Below are positions 1 through 8,700 of a stretch of DNA of 45,299 nucleotides, in pieces (positions within the stretch are counted from its first letter, which is position 1; every line of letters starts with the position of its first letter). Below the pieces are notes generated by a model. It was not told where the DNA came from. It searched no databases and saw only the letters and a list, made by a program, of their open reading frames with translations. Position numbers and translations under genes: made by a program. Source of the stretch: a virus (taxonomy: Duplodnaviria > Caudoviricetes); the IMG/VR virus record IMGVR_UViG_3300038829_000089, positions 1 through 45,299 of that record. One strand, 5' to 3'.

Positions 1-457
1 CGGCCACGCCGCAGCCACGGGCGACTACGGCCACGCCGCAGCCACGGGCTACTACGGCCACGCCGCAGCCACGGGCGAGTCCGGCCATGCCGCAGCCACG
101 GGCCACTACGGCCACGCCGCAGCCACGGGCGACTACGGCCACGCCGCAGCCACGGGCTACTACGGCCACGCCGCAGCCACGGGCGAGTCCGGCCATGCCG
201 CAGCCACGGGCCACTACGGCCACGCCGCAGCCACGGGCGAGTCCGGCCACGCCGCAGCCACGGGCGAGTCCGGTTGGGCGGCGTGCGGCATCAAAGGCCG
301 CGCGAAGGCTGGCGTTGGCGGTGTCCTGACGTTGCTCTGGGTCGATAGCGAGATGCGCAAGCGGGTGACCGTTGCCTATGTCGGCGAGGATGGCGTCAAG
401 GCAGACACCTGGTACGTGGTCGACAAGGGCGGCGCTCTGATCGAGGTGCCTTCTTGA
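1..457 (+). CDS. 5'-truncated phage protein with 9-aa GHAAATGxx repeats and C-terminal VGEDGVKADTWY motif (DUF7666-like)
   Basis: Frame starting at nt 2 is open to TGA 455-457: (GHAAATG-DY/YY/ES/HY)x10, then GWAACGIKGRAKAG...VAYVGEDGVKADTWYVVDKGG. Missing from the ORF track because its start is outside the window. Confidence 0.75.
   Translation, partial: GHAAATGDYGHAAATGYYGHAAATGESGHAAATGHYGHAAATGDYGHAAATGYYGHAAATGESGHAAATGHYGHAAATGESGHAAATGESGWAACGIKGRAKAGVGGVLTLLWVDSEMRKRVTVAYVGEDGVKADTWYVVDKGGALIEVPS
2..271 (+). repeat. Ten tandem 27-bp coding repeats GGCCAYGCCGCAGCCACGGGC+6 nt
   Basis: Units start at 2,29,56,83,110,137,164,191,218,245. Units 1-4 are identical to units 5-8 (108-bp higher-order duplication). 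Confidence 0.95.
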
Positions 458-777
458 GCGCGGACGGCGAGGACGCCTGGCGCGAGCCGAGCGACGCCGA
501 CCTCGACGAGCAGCTCTTCGCCGCCGACCAGGCCGAGGCCGCCGACGAGGCCGACGAGGCCGCGCACGAGGCCGACGTCGCCGCCTACGCCGCAGCGTGC
601 GACACCACGCCGCCCGTGACCTCCGAAGAATACGGCGCGGCCGAGCGCTTGTCCCGCGTCGCGGCGGCCGAGTTGGAGGACCACGCGCCGCCGGCCGCCG
701 ACCCCGCCGAGGACCTGTGGGCGCTCCTCGGTCGCGTCGTCTCCCCGCTGCCGGTTAACTACGGGCGCCGGCCGTGA
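454..777 (+). CDS. Acidic hypothetical protein
   Basis: TTG overlaps the previous stop (TTGA); phage-typical codon usage. Confidence 0.6.
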   Translation: MSADGEDAWREPSDADLDEQLFAADQAEAADEADEAAHEADVAAYAAACDTTPPVTSEEYGAAERLSRVAAAELEDHAPPAADPAEDLWALLGRVVSPLPVNYGRRP

Positions 778-956
778 GCCCATACGCCTACACCGCACGG
801 CCGCGCCGCTCGCTCATGGGCGCGGCCATCGCGGCTCTCGTCGTCCTCGTCGGCAAGGTCGCCGACTCCGCCGCCGGCGACGCCGTCGCTGGCCTGCTCA
901 TGATCGTCGCTTTCCTCGCCCTCTGGATCGGCACGTCCGCCGCTCCGGCCCCCTGA
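774..956 (+). CDS. Small membrane protein (two hydrophobic helices)
   Basis: Hydrophobic stretches LMGAAIAALVVLV and VAGLLMIVAFLALWIG. Confidence 0.6.
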   Translation: MSPYAYTARPRRSLMGAAIAALVVLVGKVADSAAGDAVAGLLMIVAFLALWIGTSAAPAP

Positions 957-968
957 AAGGAAGCCAAA

Positions 969-1535
969 ATGCCACAAGCCGTTACGCAGAATCTCCCCGT
1001 CGGCCTGACTGACGACGAAGTGCGGCAGAAGCACGAGCGGATCGTCGCCCTCCTCGACGAGCAAGACGTCGCGATCATGGAGTTCAAAGGCCAGGGCGAG
1101 GCGCACAAGCGCCGGCTCTCGCTCGTGGCGACCGAGCTTGCGACCCTCAAGCAACAGGCGCGCAGTCGGACCGAAGTGCGCGAGGTCGAGGTCGAAGAGA
1201 TCAAGCGCTACGAGCCGCGCTTCGTCGTCGAAACGGTGCGCGTCGACACGGGCGAGGTGATCGCCACCCGCGGGATGACCGTTCACGAGCGACAGCGCTC
1301 GCTCGAGCTCTCGCTGCCGATCGGCAAGCCGCTCGCGTTCGCGCCGCCGATCGCCTCCGCTGGCCTCGACGAGGCGGTCGCGGGGAAGGCCGCGGCGACG
1401 GCCGAAGGGCTCAGCAGGGCTCGCAAGGCAGGGCGGCCGACGGAGGCCGAGCGCGCGGCCGTCGAGCAGCTCGGCGCCGAGCTCGTCAAGGAATTGGACG
1501 ACGCAGAGGTCGGCGACGTCGTCGACCTCGACTAG
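969..1535 (+). CDS. Hypothetical protein
   Basis: GAAAGGAAG RBS before ATG; helical N-terminal half. Confidence 0.7.
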   Translation: MPQAVTQNLPVGLTDDEVRQKHERIVALLDEQDVAIMEFKGQGEAHKRRLSLVATELATLKQQARSRTEVREVEVEEIKRYEPRFVVETVRVDTGEVIATRGMTVHERQRSLELSLPIGKPLAFAPPIASAGLDEAVAGKAAATAEGLSRARKAGRPTEAERAAVEQLGAELVKELDDAEVGDVVDLD

Positions 1536-1632
1536 ATGCAAAGCGAGCCGGCAAGGGAGGCACCCCCGGCCGGCTCTTAGACCCCACGGTGCAGCAGGTC
1601 AACCAGAAGTCTACAACGAAAGGCACAACGCA

Positions 1633-2589
1633 ATGGCACTCCGACTCATCCGCCCGACCGAAACGATTACCGTCGACCGCCTCGTCTGCACCATCTTCGG
1701 CGACCCCGGCACCGGCAAGACGACCCTCGCGAACACCGCAGAAAACTGCGTCACGATCGACTTCGACCGCGGCAGCCACCGGGCCCGCAACCGCAAGGAC
1801 GTCCTTGCCGTCGACTCGTGGCACGACGTGCTCGAGATCATGGCCGGCAAGCACCTCGACGGCTATCGCACGGTCCACGTCGACACCGTCGGCAAGTGCC
1901 TCGACTTCCTCGGCGCCTACCTGATCGGCCAGGACTCGAAGAACGGCGCCGGCGGTGGCGTCCTCAGCCGGCAGGGCTGGGGTAAGCTCGGCTCGCACTT
2001 CTCGGCCTGGCTCTCGTCGCTCCGCCTGCTCGGCCTCGACGTCGTGCTGATCGCCCACGCGAAGGACGACAAGAAAGGCGACGTGCCGGTCGCCCGCCTC
2101 GACGTCCCCGGCGGCAGCAATGCCGAGGTCATGAAGAATTCCGACGTCGTCGGCTACCTCACCATCGGCACGAACGGCCAGCGCGTTTTCGACTGCACGC
2201 CGACCGAGACGCACACCGGCAAGGCGCCCACGGGGTGGAAGGCTTGGAACGTCCCCGACACGTCGGCCGAGCCGCTGTTTCTGGCGAAGCTCCTCGCCGA
2301 CGCCAAGCGGATTTTCTCGCTCACGGCCGAGGGCTCGGCGCAGGCCGCGAACGTCGTCGAGGAGTGGCGCGCCGACCTCGCGCTCGTCGAGACGGTCGCC
2401 GGCATCAACGCGCTTTTGCCCGACCTTGCGGCGCTCGCGACCGTCGTCAAGGCGCAGGTCAAAGCGCTCGTCGTCGCCCGCGCGAAGGCGCTCGGCCTGA
2501 CCTTCGATAAGGCGCTCAACCTCTACACCTCCCCGGCCGCGCCGCCCGCCGATCCGCCGCCCGCCGCAGCCGCCGAGCCTGCCAACTGA
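1633..2589 (+). CDS. Phage AAA_24/Sak4-like ATPase (putative recombinase)
   Basis: Walker A GDPGTGKTT, DFDRG, Walker B VHVDT, LIAH and DVVGYL motifs. Confidence 0.8.
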   Translation: MALRLIRPTETITVDRLVCTIFGDPGTGKTTLANTAENCVTIDFDRGSHRARNRKDVLAVDSWHDVLEIMAGKHLDGYRTVHVDTVGKCLDFLGAYLIGQDSKNGAGGGVLSRQGWGKLGSHFSAWLSSLRLLGLDVVLIAHAKDDKKGDVPVARLDVPGGSNAEVMKNSDVVGYLTIGTNGQRVFDCTPTETHTGKAPTGWKAWNVPDTSAEPLFLAKLLADAKRIFSLTAEGSAQAANVVEEWRADLALVETVAGINALLPDLAALATVVKAQVKALVVARAKALGLTFDKALNLYTSPAAPPADPPPAAAAEPAN

Positions 2590-2596
2590 CCCGGAC

Positions 2597-2636
2597 TCAC
2601 AGAGGCGCGGATCTACGACGGTCCGCGCCTCTGTGA
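2597..2636. repeat. Perfect 15-bp inverted repeat
   Basis: TCACAGAGGCGCGGA-10 nt-TCCGCGCCTCTGTGA between the ATPase and nuclease genes. Confidence 0.9.
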
Positions 2637-2663
2637 CCGCTTACAAACCGGACACCCGCAACT

Positions 2664-3326
2664 ATGGATCTCCGCATCAGTGTTTCGACGCTGCAGGCGT
2701 TCAACCTCCTCCGCTCCGAAGAATGGATGACCGATCGCAAGTTCCTCGAGCAGCTCGATGGCGTCTTCGTCCGCACCCCGGAGATGGCGATGGGCGAGAG
2801 CTTGCACGCGATCCTCGAGGCGCCCGAGCTCTACCGTCCCGAAGGCGACCCGCCGCGCTACACCGCGAACGGCATCAGCTGGCCCGCCGAGATCGTCGGC
2901 GAATGCCTGACCTACGCCACCCCCGGGGGCACGCGCGAGGTCAACGGCTATCACGACGCCGGCGACGTCCTCGGGCACCGCGTCACCGTCTCCGCCCGCG
3001 CCGACCAGATCCTCGGCGCCGGCATCCACGAGCACAAAACGAAGTGGAAGGCGTTCGACTACGACGGCTATGCCGACAGCTACCAGTGGCGGTGGTATCT
3101 GCTCGTTTTCGGCGCCGCATTCGTTCGCTACAACGTCTTCGCGATGGCCGACCTCGAGCGCGGCCTCGAGTTTCGCGGCTGCTCGCGCTTCACCTTCCAC
3201 CCCTACGACGGCCTCGAGGCCGACTGCGCGAAGAACCTGCGCGACCTCGTCGAGTACGCCACCGATCGAGGCCTGCTCGGTTACCTCGCAGCTAACCGGC
3301 CGAGCCGGCGCCAGGTGGCCGCATGA
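2664..3326 (+). CDS. PD-(D/E)xK (RecB/Cas4-like) exonuclease
   Basis: RISVS, G..LHAILE, ARAD...EHKTK and SYQWRWY motifs; next to the Sak4-like ATPase. Confidence 0.65.
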   Translation: MDLRISVSTLQAFNLLRSEEWMTDRKFLEQLDGVFVRTPEMAMGESLHAILEAPELYRPEGDPPRYTANGISWPAEIVGECLTYATPGGTREVNGYHDAGDVLGHRVTVSARADQILGAGIHEHKTKWKAFDYDGYADSYQWRWYLLVFGAAFVRYNVFAMADLERGLEFRGCSRFTFHPYDGLEADCAKNLRDLVEYATDRGLLGYLAANRPSRRQVAA

Positions 3327-3484
3327 CCGGCGATCTCACCGGCGCGCCTCTCCTCCTCCGCGCTGCCGTCTACGAGGCCCGCCGGCGAGCGCCGGCGGTC
3401 CGCCCTGCGGCTCTCCGCTGGGAGTGGCTCCTCTCCCTCTCGCCTCTCCTCCGATCGCTCCTGGCGCCTCTGGTGCAGCGTTGA
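3323..3484 (+). CDS. Small hypothetical protein
   Basis: ATGA and TTGA overlaps at both ends; 53 aa. Confidence 0.4.
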   Translation: MTGDLTGAPLLLRAAVYEARRRAPAVRPAALRWEWLLSLSPLLRSLLAPLVQR

Positions 3485-3738
3485 CGTCCTCCGAGTACCG
3501 GGCGGCGGAGGCCGCCAGCCTCACGGCGGAGACGGTCGCCGCCGCCCGTGCTCGGATCGTCGCGGCTGGCCTGCTCACCATGCGGCAGGACGGCCGCGTC
3601 CGTACTCCGCTCGGCCCTGGCCGCCTGCTCTCGCTCGGCATCGCCGGGCCCGAGTTCGCGACGGTCGCCCTCGACGTCGAACCGAAGCGCGCCCGGCACG
3701 TCCGCATGGTCGACGTCTGGCCGGAGGCCGCCTCGTGA
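3481..3738 (+). CDS. Hypothetical protein
   Basis: TTG coupled to the previous stop; LTSSEYRAAE...WPEAAS. Confidence 0.5.
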   Translation: MTSSEYRAAEAASLTAETVAAARARIVAAGLLTMRQDGRVRTPLGPGRLLSLGIAGPEFATVALDVEPKRARHVRMVDVWPEAAS

Positions 3739-3850
3739 CGCGCTCGCGCCCTGGGCTATCATTCGCCCCAACGCAGGAGCGCCCCCGAGTATCGAGCTCA
3801 GGGGCGCAGATTCTGCGGACGTTGTCGGGAGCTCAGAACAGCTCGCCGAC
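3735..3850 (+). promoter_or_regulatory. Putative promoter (GTGACG-16-TATCAT) followed by two stem-loops
   Basis: Nested pairs CAACG/CGTTG, GCAGGA/TTCTGC, GCGCCCC/GGGGCGC, GAG/CTC; second hairpin GTCGG-GAGCT...AGCTC-G-CCGAC. Confidence 0.45.
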
Positions 3851-3989
3851 TATGGCCGATCGACCTCCGAGAAAGGCGCTACCGATGGGAAGAGTCTACC
3901 CGCACGCCCCCGCAGTATCAAGCCCCCCCGCTATGCAGTCGCTCGACTGTCGAGCGACCGTCGAGCGACTCCAGGCGGAGGGCTGACCG

Positions 3990-5441
3990 ATGGCCCGCTA
4001 TCGCAAGGTCGACGTCCGGACCCACGGCGACGAGAAATTTCTGCGCCTCTCGGCTCCTCCGCCGTGCGGCCAGCACCTCTGGCTCGTCCTCCTGACCTCC
4101 CCCCGCACGTCGTCGATTCCCGGCCTCTTCGCCGCCGGCGCGGCAGCGCTCGCCGAGGATCTCGGTTGGCCGGTCGACGGCTTCCGCGCCGCCTTCGCCG
4201 AGCTCGAGGCCGAGGGCATGGCCCGCGCCGACTGGAGGGCCCGCGTCGTCTGGCTCCCCCGCGCCGTCCGCTACGACCCGCCGGCGAATCAATCCGTCAT
4301 CGCCTCGTGGCAGTCGACGTGGGACGAGATCCCCGAGTGCCGCCTCAAGTGGGAGGCGTGGGACGTCCTCCGCGCATTCTTCGCCGCGCACGAAAACCCC
4401 GTATTCCTGGCCGCTTTCGCCGACGCCTGCCCCGAGCCGCCACGGTGTGAACCACGGTCCGCGACACCCCCGCAGGCAGCCGCCGACACCGTGCCCGGCA
4501 CGGTGCGGCACACCGTGCCCGACACCGTGCCCGACACGGTGCCCGACACCCCGGCGACACCGTGCCAGTCACCGTGTGCCGCATCAGGAACAGGAACAGG
4601 AACAGGAACAGAAGAACAACTAACCCCCCCACCCCCTTTGGGGGCGGGCGGGGTCGCCGCGGTGCCCGCGGCTCCGGGGCAGGTAGGGCAGGACAAAAGC
4701 GAGGGCAGCGACCAGGGCGCCACCCCGCCGCCCGCGCCTGCTCCTCCGCCCGCACCGCCCACGAAGGTCGCGAAGCCGAAGGCGCCGCCCGCACCCCGCC
4801 GCCCGCTGCCAGTCTTTGCCCCCGAGCTCCTCGCCGCGATCCCCGATCTCCCCGAGCGGTGGACGCGGCGCATCGCCTGCACGAAGCCGGCGCGCCGGCC
4901 GACCCCGAGCGCCGAGCAGAGCAACGTCGACCGCATCGCCGGCTGGCTCGCGACCTACGGCCTCGACGCCGTCCTCGCGGCGATCGACCAAGCGACCGAT
5001 GGCGGCTACATGACCGTCATCGAGCCGAAGGCGGGGTGGAAACCGGCGGCCCCGCCCTCGCGGCCCGTCGGCACGCCCTCGCCCGTCCCGCAAGCGCCGG
5101 CGGCCGCGCCGCTCGACCAGCTGCGCAAGCAGGCCCACCGGCGCGAGTACTCGCGGGCCCTCGAGGGGCTCCGCCCCGGCGAGCTCCCGCCAGCGAACGT
5201 CGCCGACGCGCTGCTCGCCGCTCTCGAGTCAGCGACCACCCCCGAGGCGATCGCCGCCGTAACGCTCGAGCGCGTCGTCGCCGCCTCGCTCCGCGCCGCC
5301 CTGCCCACCCTGACCCCCGCTCAGATCCTCAGCGTCGGCCCGCTTCCGCCGCGGCGCGCCGTCGACTTCGCCGCCATCCCCGCACCCCCCGCCGACAACC
5401 AGGCCGCGGCAGCGATCGCCGCGCTCGGCCTTGGCGACTAG
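3990..5441 (+). CDS. Phage replication initiator / replisome organiser
   Basis: N-terminus MARYRKVDVRTHGDEKFLRLS...LWLVLLT typical of phage initiators; central DTVP repeats, GTGTGTGTE and PPPP linker; GGAGG RBS. Confidence 0.75.
   Translation: MARYRKVDVRTHGDEKFLRLSAPPPCGQHLWLVLLTSPRTSSIPGLFAAGAAALAEDLGWPVDGFRAAFAELEAEGMARADWRARVVWLPRAVRYDPPANQSVIASWQSTWDEIPECRLKWEAWDVLRAFFAAHENPVFLAAFADACPEPPRCEPRSATPPQAAADTVPGTVRHTVPDTVPDTVPDTPATPCQSPCAASGTGTGTGTEEQLTPPPPLGAGGVAAVPAAPGQVGQDKSEGSDQGATPPPAPAPPPAPPTKVAKPKAPPAPRRPLPVFAPELLAAIPDLPERWTRRIACTKPARRPTPSAEQSNVDRIAGWLATYGLDAVLAAIDQATDGGYMTVIEPKAGWKPAAPPSRPVGTPSPVPQAPAAAPLDQLRKQAHRREYSRALEGLRPGELPPANVADALLAALESATTPEAIAAVTLERVVAASLRAALPTLTPAQILSVGPLPPRRAVDFAAIPAPPADNQAAAAIAALGLGD
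4485..4645 (+). repeat. Putative replication origin: 12-bp iterons plus purine tract
   Basis: About 8 GACACCGTGCCC-like units at 4485-4580, then CAGGAA repeats at 4585-4619 and a C-rich tract, inside the initiator gene. Confidence 0.6.
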
Positions 5442-5448
5442 GCGCCGA

Positions 5449-5467
5449 CCTAAGGTTAGGCTAAGAT
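5449..5467 (+). promoter_or_regulatory. CCTA-N4-TAGG operator plus -10 box (copy 1)
   Basis: CCTAAGGTTAGG-C-TAAGAT; ATG 5474 follows after 6 nt. Confidence 0.65.
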
Positions 5468-5473
5468 GACGTC

Positions 5474-5827
5474 ATGACAAACGAACCGCAGGACCCGATC
5501 CGACCGCCGCTGCACGACTACTTTCACCCCACCGGAAAGCCGGTCGGAAAGCCGGTCGCCCCGTCCCCGGGGTGGAACCAGATCCGCACGGCGCTCGACG
5601 AACTTCTCGAGTCGACCGCGTGCGGCGCCGACGAACGCCGCGCGCTCGCCAGCGCCATCGCCGACGCGATGCAGCTCATCGCCAACGAGCGCCGCGACCT
5701 CCTGGCGGAGCGGGACTCGTTCGAGCGCCGCGACCTCCTGGCGGAGCGGGACTTTGCTGGCGACCCCGCCCGCGTCGGCGTGGCGCTCGACGCCTGCCTG
5801 CGCGCCCTCAACGGGGCGTCGTCGTGA
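5474..5827 (+). CDS. Hypothetical protein with 36-bp-period internal duplication
   Basis: ERRDLLAERD twice (5686-5717 and 5722-5753). Confidence 0.6.
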   Translation: MTNEPQDPIRPPLHDYFHPTGKPVGKPVAPSPGWNQIRTALDELLESTACGADERRALASAIADAMQLIANERRDLLAERDSFERRDLLAERDFAGDPARVGVALDACLRALNGASS

Positions 5828-6048
5828 CCGTCGAGCCCCTATACGCCCGCGAGACGTGGGCCGACGCCCTCGAGGTCGAGGCGCGCACCCTCGACAACCG
5901 CGCCGCCGGCGCCGCCATCCTCGCCAAGCTCGCGACCGACAGTTACCGCGGCCCGGCGTCCCGCGCGGCCGTCGACGCGATGACCGACGCCGCGCAACTC
6001 CTGCGCGAGCGGGCGGCCGAGCTCCGGCTCCCCCGGGTGATCGAGTGA
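5824..6048 (+). CDS. Hypothetical protein
   Basis: GTGA coupling at both ends. Confidence 0.55.
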   Translation: MTVEPLYARETWADALEVEARTLDNRAAGAAILAKLATDSYRGPASRAAVDAMTDAAQLLRERAAELRLPRVIE

Positions 6049-6364
6049 TAACGCACGAGCTCAAGACGCGCGCCGAGTGGTTCGACCTCGTCGCCACCGG
6101 CGCCAAGCCGTTCGAGCTCCGCCGCGACGATCGCGGATTCGAAGGTCGGCGACGAGCTCTGGCTCCGCGAGACAGACTCCCGCCCCGATCTTTGACGGCC
6201 GCGGCTACCCCGTTCCACGGCCCGCCCCGAGCGAGATCGACTCCGGCGAGTACTACACCGGCCGCGAGCTCCGCCGCGTCGTGACGTGCGTCGTCCGCGG
6301 GCCGTGGCTCGCGCCCGGACACGTCGCCCTCGGGCTGGCCCTCCCGCAAGGGGTCAAACTGTGA
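6045..6364 (+). pseudogene. DUF3850/ASCH-like gene split by two +1 frameshifts
   Basis: HELKT..WF..V..GAKPFELRRDDRGFE, then VGDELWLRE in the +1 frame from 6145, then YTGRELRRVVTCV...PGHVALGL in a third frame. Confidence 0.65.
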
Positions 6365-6596
6365 GCGCCAAGCCGAAACCGGCCACGACGCCTTACCTGC
6401 ACCTCGTCTAACCGTGACGAGCAGGGGCTGGAGGTCTACGAGGCGAAGCTACGGTCGGCGTCGAGAACGCCGGACGAGAGATTGGCTCGGGCCATCAGGG
6501 CCGCTTACGAGCTCGTCGCCTTCCTCGAGAATCTGGAGCTAGAACGTCGGGACGAGCTCGTCGCCTTCCTCGAGAGCTAGAACGTCGTGAGGACAC

Positions 6597-7196
6597 ATGA
6601 ACGCCGCCGACCAGCCAGCACCTGCCCGCCGGCAGTACACCCCGAGCAACGGCACCGAGGGCGAGATCTTCACCGAGCGCTACTGCGACCAGTGCAAGCG
6701 GGAGGCGAAGTGGCGCCGGACGCAGGAAGGCGCCGACGGCTGCCGCATCCGCACCGCGGCCGAGATGGGCGACGAGCCGCCCGAGTGGACCGCGACCCGC
6801 GGGCTCAACGACGCGACGTGCAGCAAGTTCGACCCGGTCGCCGGCGCCGAGTCGCCGATCGTGACCCTCTCCGGACCGCTTCGCTGCCAGGGCTCGCCGG
6901 CGTTCCCGATTTGCTTTGTGGTCGCCGGCACGCAGCATCCCGGCCTGCGCCCCGGCGAGCTCGCCGACCTGGCGCTCGTTCACCTAGACGGCCACCCCGG
7001 GCACAACGAGCCGGCGAACGTCCGGCTCTGGTGCCAGCGCTGCCGCGAGGTCTACGAGCGCACGGCCCACGCTCGCGCCTCAGCCGCGACCAGGGCGGCA
7101 CAACTCGCGAAGGACGCCGCGAGCGCCAAGGGTCAGCTCGCGTTGACCTTCCCTCACGACAACGCACGACCGCAAGGAGGCACCCGATGCCGGTAG
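6597..7196 (+). CDS. Cys-rich protein with C-terminal HNH-like motif
   Basis: CDQC near the N-terminus; LVHLDGHPGHNEPANVRLWCQRC. Confidence 0.55.
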   Translation: MNAADQPAPARRQYTPSNGTEGEIFTERYCDQCKREAKWRRTQEGADGCRIRTAAEMGDEPPEWTATRGLNDATCSKFDPVAGAESPIVTLSGPLRCQGSPAFPICFVVAGTQHPGLRPGELADLALVHLDGHPGHNEPANVRLWCQRCREVYERTAHARASAATRAAQLAKDAASAKGQLALTFPHDNARPQGGTRCR

Positions 7197-7849
7197 CCAT
7201 CGACGCCATCAAATACCCTCGCGCTCGCCGCGTCGACCGCCTCGTCGCCGAGCTCTGGCCGGAGTGTACCGGCTGGCGCGCGACCGGGCAGCTCGCGGAG
7301 AAACTCTCAGCCCGCCTCGGCCGGAAGATATCCCGGGCCTACGCGACACGCCTCCTCGACCGCGCCGGCCTCGCCCGTCCGCGGCGCGTGCTCCGCCGAC
7401 GCGACCCGTCCGTCGCCGCTCGCGCCGTCGAGCTCTACCTGCGCCCGCTCTCGCTCGACGAGGTCGCCGCCGTCCTCAGCGAGGAAACCGGCGCCCCCGT
7501 CAACGCCGGGTGGGTCCGTCTCGCCGTCCTCGCCGGCGGCAAGCTCCGCACCCCGCGCGAGGCGATGGCCGCCAGCCGCACGTGGCACCCCGGCGGCAAC
7601 CTCCGCGGCCGGCCGCAGGAGCAGCGCGCCGAGGTCCGCCGACTGGCCGAGCTCCGCACGCCTCACGCCGCGATCGCTGCCGCTACCGGCGTCCCGCTCG
7701 GCACCGTCGGCCGTTGGATCGTCGAGGACGGCCTCGTCTGGCGCAACCGCAAGGCGCACGCCGAGATCGTCGCCGCCGCGAGGTCCGCCCCGAAGCCGAC
7801 CGACTTCGCCGACCGCCTGGCCGGCTACCTCGCGCGAGCGGCAGCATGA
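7187..7849 (+). CDS. Multi-HTH DNA-binding protein
   Basis: AAGGAGG RBS; HTH-like segments LSLDEVAAVLS...WVR and HAAIAAATGVPLGTVGRWI. Confidence 0.65.
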   Translation: MPVAIDAIKYPRARRVDRLVAELWPECTGWRATGQLAEKLSARLGRKISRAYATRLLDRAGLARPRRVLRRRDPSVAARAVELYLRPLSLDEVAAVLSEETGAPVNAGWVRLAVLAGGKLRTPREAMAASRTWHPGGNLRGRPQEQRAEVRRLAELRTPHAAIAAATGVPLGTVGRWIVEDGLVWRNRKAHAEIVAAARSAPKPTDFADRLAGYLARAAA

Positions 7850-8361
7850 GCTCCGGCGCGACCCTCTCGACGGCAGAGGGCCGCGCCCTCCTCGCCCGCG
7901 GCGCCTCCGTCGGCCGCCTCCCCCTCTCGCTCGCTCGCCCCGCCCTCGTCGCCGGCAAGCCGCCCCGCAAGCGCCGCCGCAAAGGTGACCCGCCCGCCCC
8001 CGGCTCAGTCTACGAGGAGGCGTTCGCCCTCTTCCTGCTCGCGCACGGCTTCGTCGGCTGGGTGCGCGAGTACCGCTTCGCCCGCCCACCAGGCACGCCG
8101 AAGGGACCGAACACGCGCGACTGGCGCCTCGACTTCGCCGAGTTCGAGCTCCGGATCTACGTCGAGATCCACGGCGGGACGCACAGCAACGGCCGGCACA
8201 ACCGCGGCGCTGGCATGGCCGAGGATCTCCGCAAGCACAACGCCGCCGCCCTCGACGGTTGGCTCGGGCTCTACGTCCCCGGCACCGACTGCACTGGCCC
8301 CGAGTTCCTCGCCACCCTCCGCGCGGCCGTGAACCTTCGCCGCCGGCAGGTGGGCGGGTGA
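7846..8361 (+). CDS. Vsr/DUF559-like PD-(D/E)xK endonuclease
   Basis: VREYRF...RDWRLDFA...IYVEIHGGTHSNGRHNRG..D..KHNAA...GW. Confidence 0.75.
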   Translation: MSSGATLSTAEGRALLARGASVGRLPLSLARPALVAGKPPRKRRRKGDPPAPGSVYEEAFALFLLAHGFVGWVREYRFARPPGTPKGPNTRDWRLDFAEFELRIYVEIHGGTHSNGRHNRGAGMAEDLRKHNAAALDGWLGLYVPGTDCTGPEFLATLRAAVNLRRRQVGG

Positions 8362-8600
8362 CGCGCGACGACGAGCTGCAGGCCGAGCGCGAGCTGCTCC
8401 AGGCGGCCGGCCCGAGCTACAAGGCCGAGCAGCCGCCCCGGCCGCCGGTGCGCTTGCGCGTCGACGACTTCGACCTCGCCGGCGGCCCGAGCCGGCCCGA
8501 GGCTCGCCGGCATCGCCTGGCCGCGCGACGCCCCGAGCGCCCAAGCGGTCGAGCGCGCCGACCTATGGCGCGTCCTCAGCCCGTAGATCGCAGGAAATAA
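8358..8600 (+). CDS. Hypothetical protein
   Basis: GTGA coupling; ends at an A-rich intergenic region. Confidence 0.4.
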   Translation: MTRDDELQAERELLQAAGPSYKAEQPPRPPVRLRVDDFDLAGGPSRPEARRHRLAARRPERPSGRARRPMARPQPVDRRK

Positions 8601-8619
8601 AAGATTCCGCAGAAAACAG

Positions 8620-8648
8620 CAGACGCGGGCCTAGTCTTAGGCTATAAT
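8620..8648 (+). promoter_or_regulatory. Promoter with CCTA-N4-TAGG operator (copy 2)
   Basis: CAGACG-17-TATAAT, with CCTAGTCTTAGG (8630-8641) in the spacer and an A-rich upstream tract. Confidence 0.75.
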
Positions 8649-8700
8649 CCTATCAGTCGAACGGCACGCCGCCGGCCGACAGCAACCGAGAGGCACCTCG

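Noticed and set aside
2-271. CRISPR-like array
   Set aside because: The variable part is only 6 nt and recurs, the period is a multiple of 3 in an open frame, and no cas genes are present.
87-329. ORF-track protein MPQPRATTAT...
   Set aside because: Alternative frame of the repeat; the frame from nt 2 continues into a recognisable C-terminal motif.
2664-3326. cas4 as evidence of a CRISPR system
   Set aside because: Stand-alone phage PD-(D/E)xK nuclease beside a recombinase; no four-Cys cluster pattern, array or other cas genes.
3769-3850. tRNA gene
   Set aside because: No cloverleaf, TTCGA T-loop arm or CCA end could be built.
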